Origin: Negaprion brevirostris
Taxonomy: Eukaryota
Direction of reading: 5' to 3'
DNA: 64,000 bases
NCBI GenBank assembly: GCA_030324005.1
Contig: JARDVH010000124.1
Location: forward strand, 22,844,085 to 22,908,084
Part shown: piece by piece, positions 63,247 through 64,000 of the stretch
Position numbering within the stretch: the first letter of the stretch is position 1
Layout of the letters: every line of letters starts with the position of its first letter
The notes under the pieces: model-generated
The model's input: only the letters and a program-made list of their open reading frames with translations
What the model was told of the DNA's origin: nothing
Database searches by the model: none
Translations under genes and position numbers: made by a program

Positions 63247-64000
63247 TCAGACTTTACAGCTAAAGTTTACAACTTTTAGTTGTAGGCTCTGCTCCTAATG
63301 CTGGGGTGAAGGAAGCGAGGGGTGCACAGTGACAAGAGTTGGAGGGGAGAATCACAAGTTCTTGGGAGCTTCTACAGCTGAAAGGGGTTTTGGAGGCAGG
63401 GGAGGAGGAGGAGGCCACTTGAATATAAAAAGGTGAGGTTTTTAAAGTTGAAACATCAAATCAAGAACCAATGTGGATCTGCTAGCACTGGGCTAATAGG
63501 TGAACTGAAGAACTTGGTGCAAATTAGGCTACAGGCTACACAACATTGAGTGTAAAGTTATAGAGGGCAGAATATAGATGAAACAGATGCTCCATTCCTG
63601 AAGTTAACAAAGGAAGAAAATCCAGCTTTGCGATTTTAAATTCAACTGGAGATGTGATAGCATAATATGAGTCTCTAGGTGCTTAGCTAGATCAGTTTGC
63701 AGGAGGGCACATGGATGCACAGATACCATACAGTTACAGTGCTAAAACTGCCTCCCAATTCCCCATAAAATAAACTGGGGAAAAACTACGCTGCCATAAA
63801 TGGAGCTGTTTCAGCAATGTAGATGTGGCACACAGACATTGCTCTCCTGTAATATGGACCAAACTAGTGCTTCTGATGTGCCTATGATGTCATTGGGGGC
63901 CAAAGTCAGATTATTTAAATTAACATCACTGGCACAGAATCCAGGGAAAATGCTTTCAAAACTCCTTGGGCAAATGAGATCTGTGCAGGGCACTTGATCG

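Larger units (their letters stand above)
3811..64000 (-). other. TCF7L2: Part of the very large TCF7L2 intron upstream of the SNKVPVV exon (intron 5 in common mouse numbering)
   Basis: The preceding canonical exon (YLQMKWPLLD...SPSPAHIV) was not found by eye in the window. This intron is known to be about 100 kb in mammals. The next downstream exon (IPRPPHPPD...) was also not found in 1-3677. Confidence 0.8.

Overview
Eukaryotic (vertebrate) genomic DNA, most likely from a shark or other elasmobranch, inferred from HE1/V-SINE-like, SacSINE/DeuSINE-like, CR1, Rex1 and Penelope-like repeats. The window lies inside the TCF7L2 (TCF4, Wnt effector) gene on the minus strand. One canonical 133-nt exon (3678-3810, [45 protein letters not shown]) is present. 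Everything from 3811 to 64000 appears to be part of the very large intron upstream of it. The most interesting structure is an internal promoter or alternative-first-exon cluster at about 14-17 kb. It includes an ATG-initiated 41-codon exon (14179-14057) ending in a phase-0 TGG|GTAAGT donor exactly in frame with the 133-nt exon, and two further exon ends reading ATG|GTAAGT. These would give N-terminally truncated TCF7L2 lacking the beta-catenin-binding domain (dominant-negative type). The cluster sits in a roughly 22-kb block with no transposon I could recognise (about 4.7-26.9 kb), while 27-64 kb is dense in LINE, SINE and DNA-transposon relics. Other observations: a core-plus-spacer minisatellite, two apparent templated insertions, degenerate hammerhead cores in Penelope-like repeats, a CpG-rich hairpin, and an unidentified coding-like segment within an L1-type relic. 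All identifications are by eye and recall. No database search was run.
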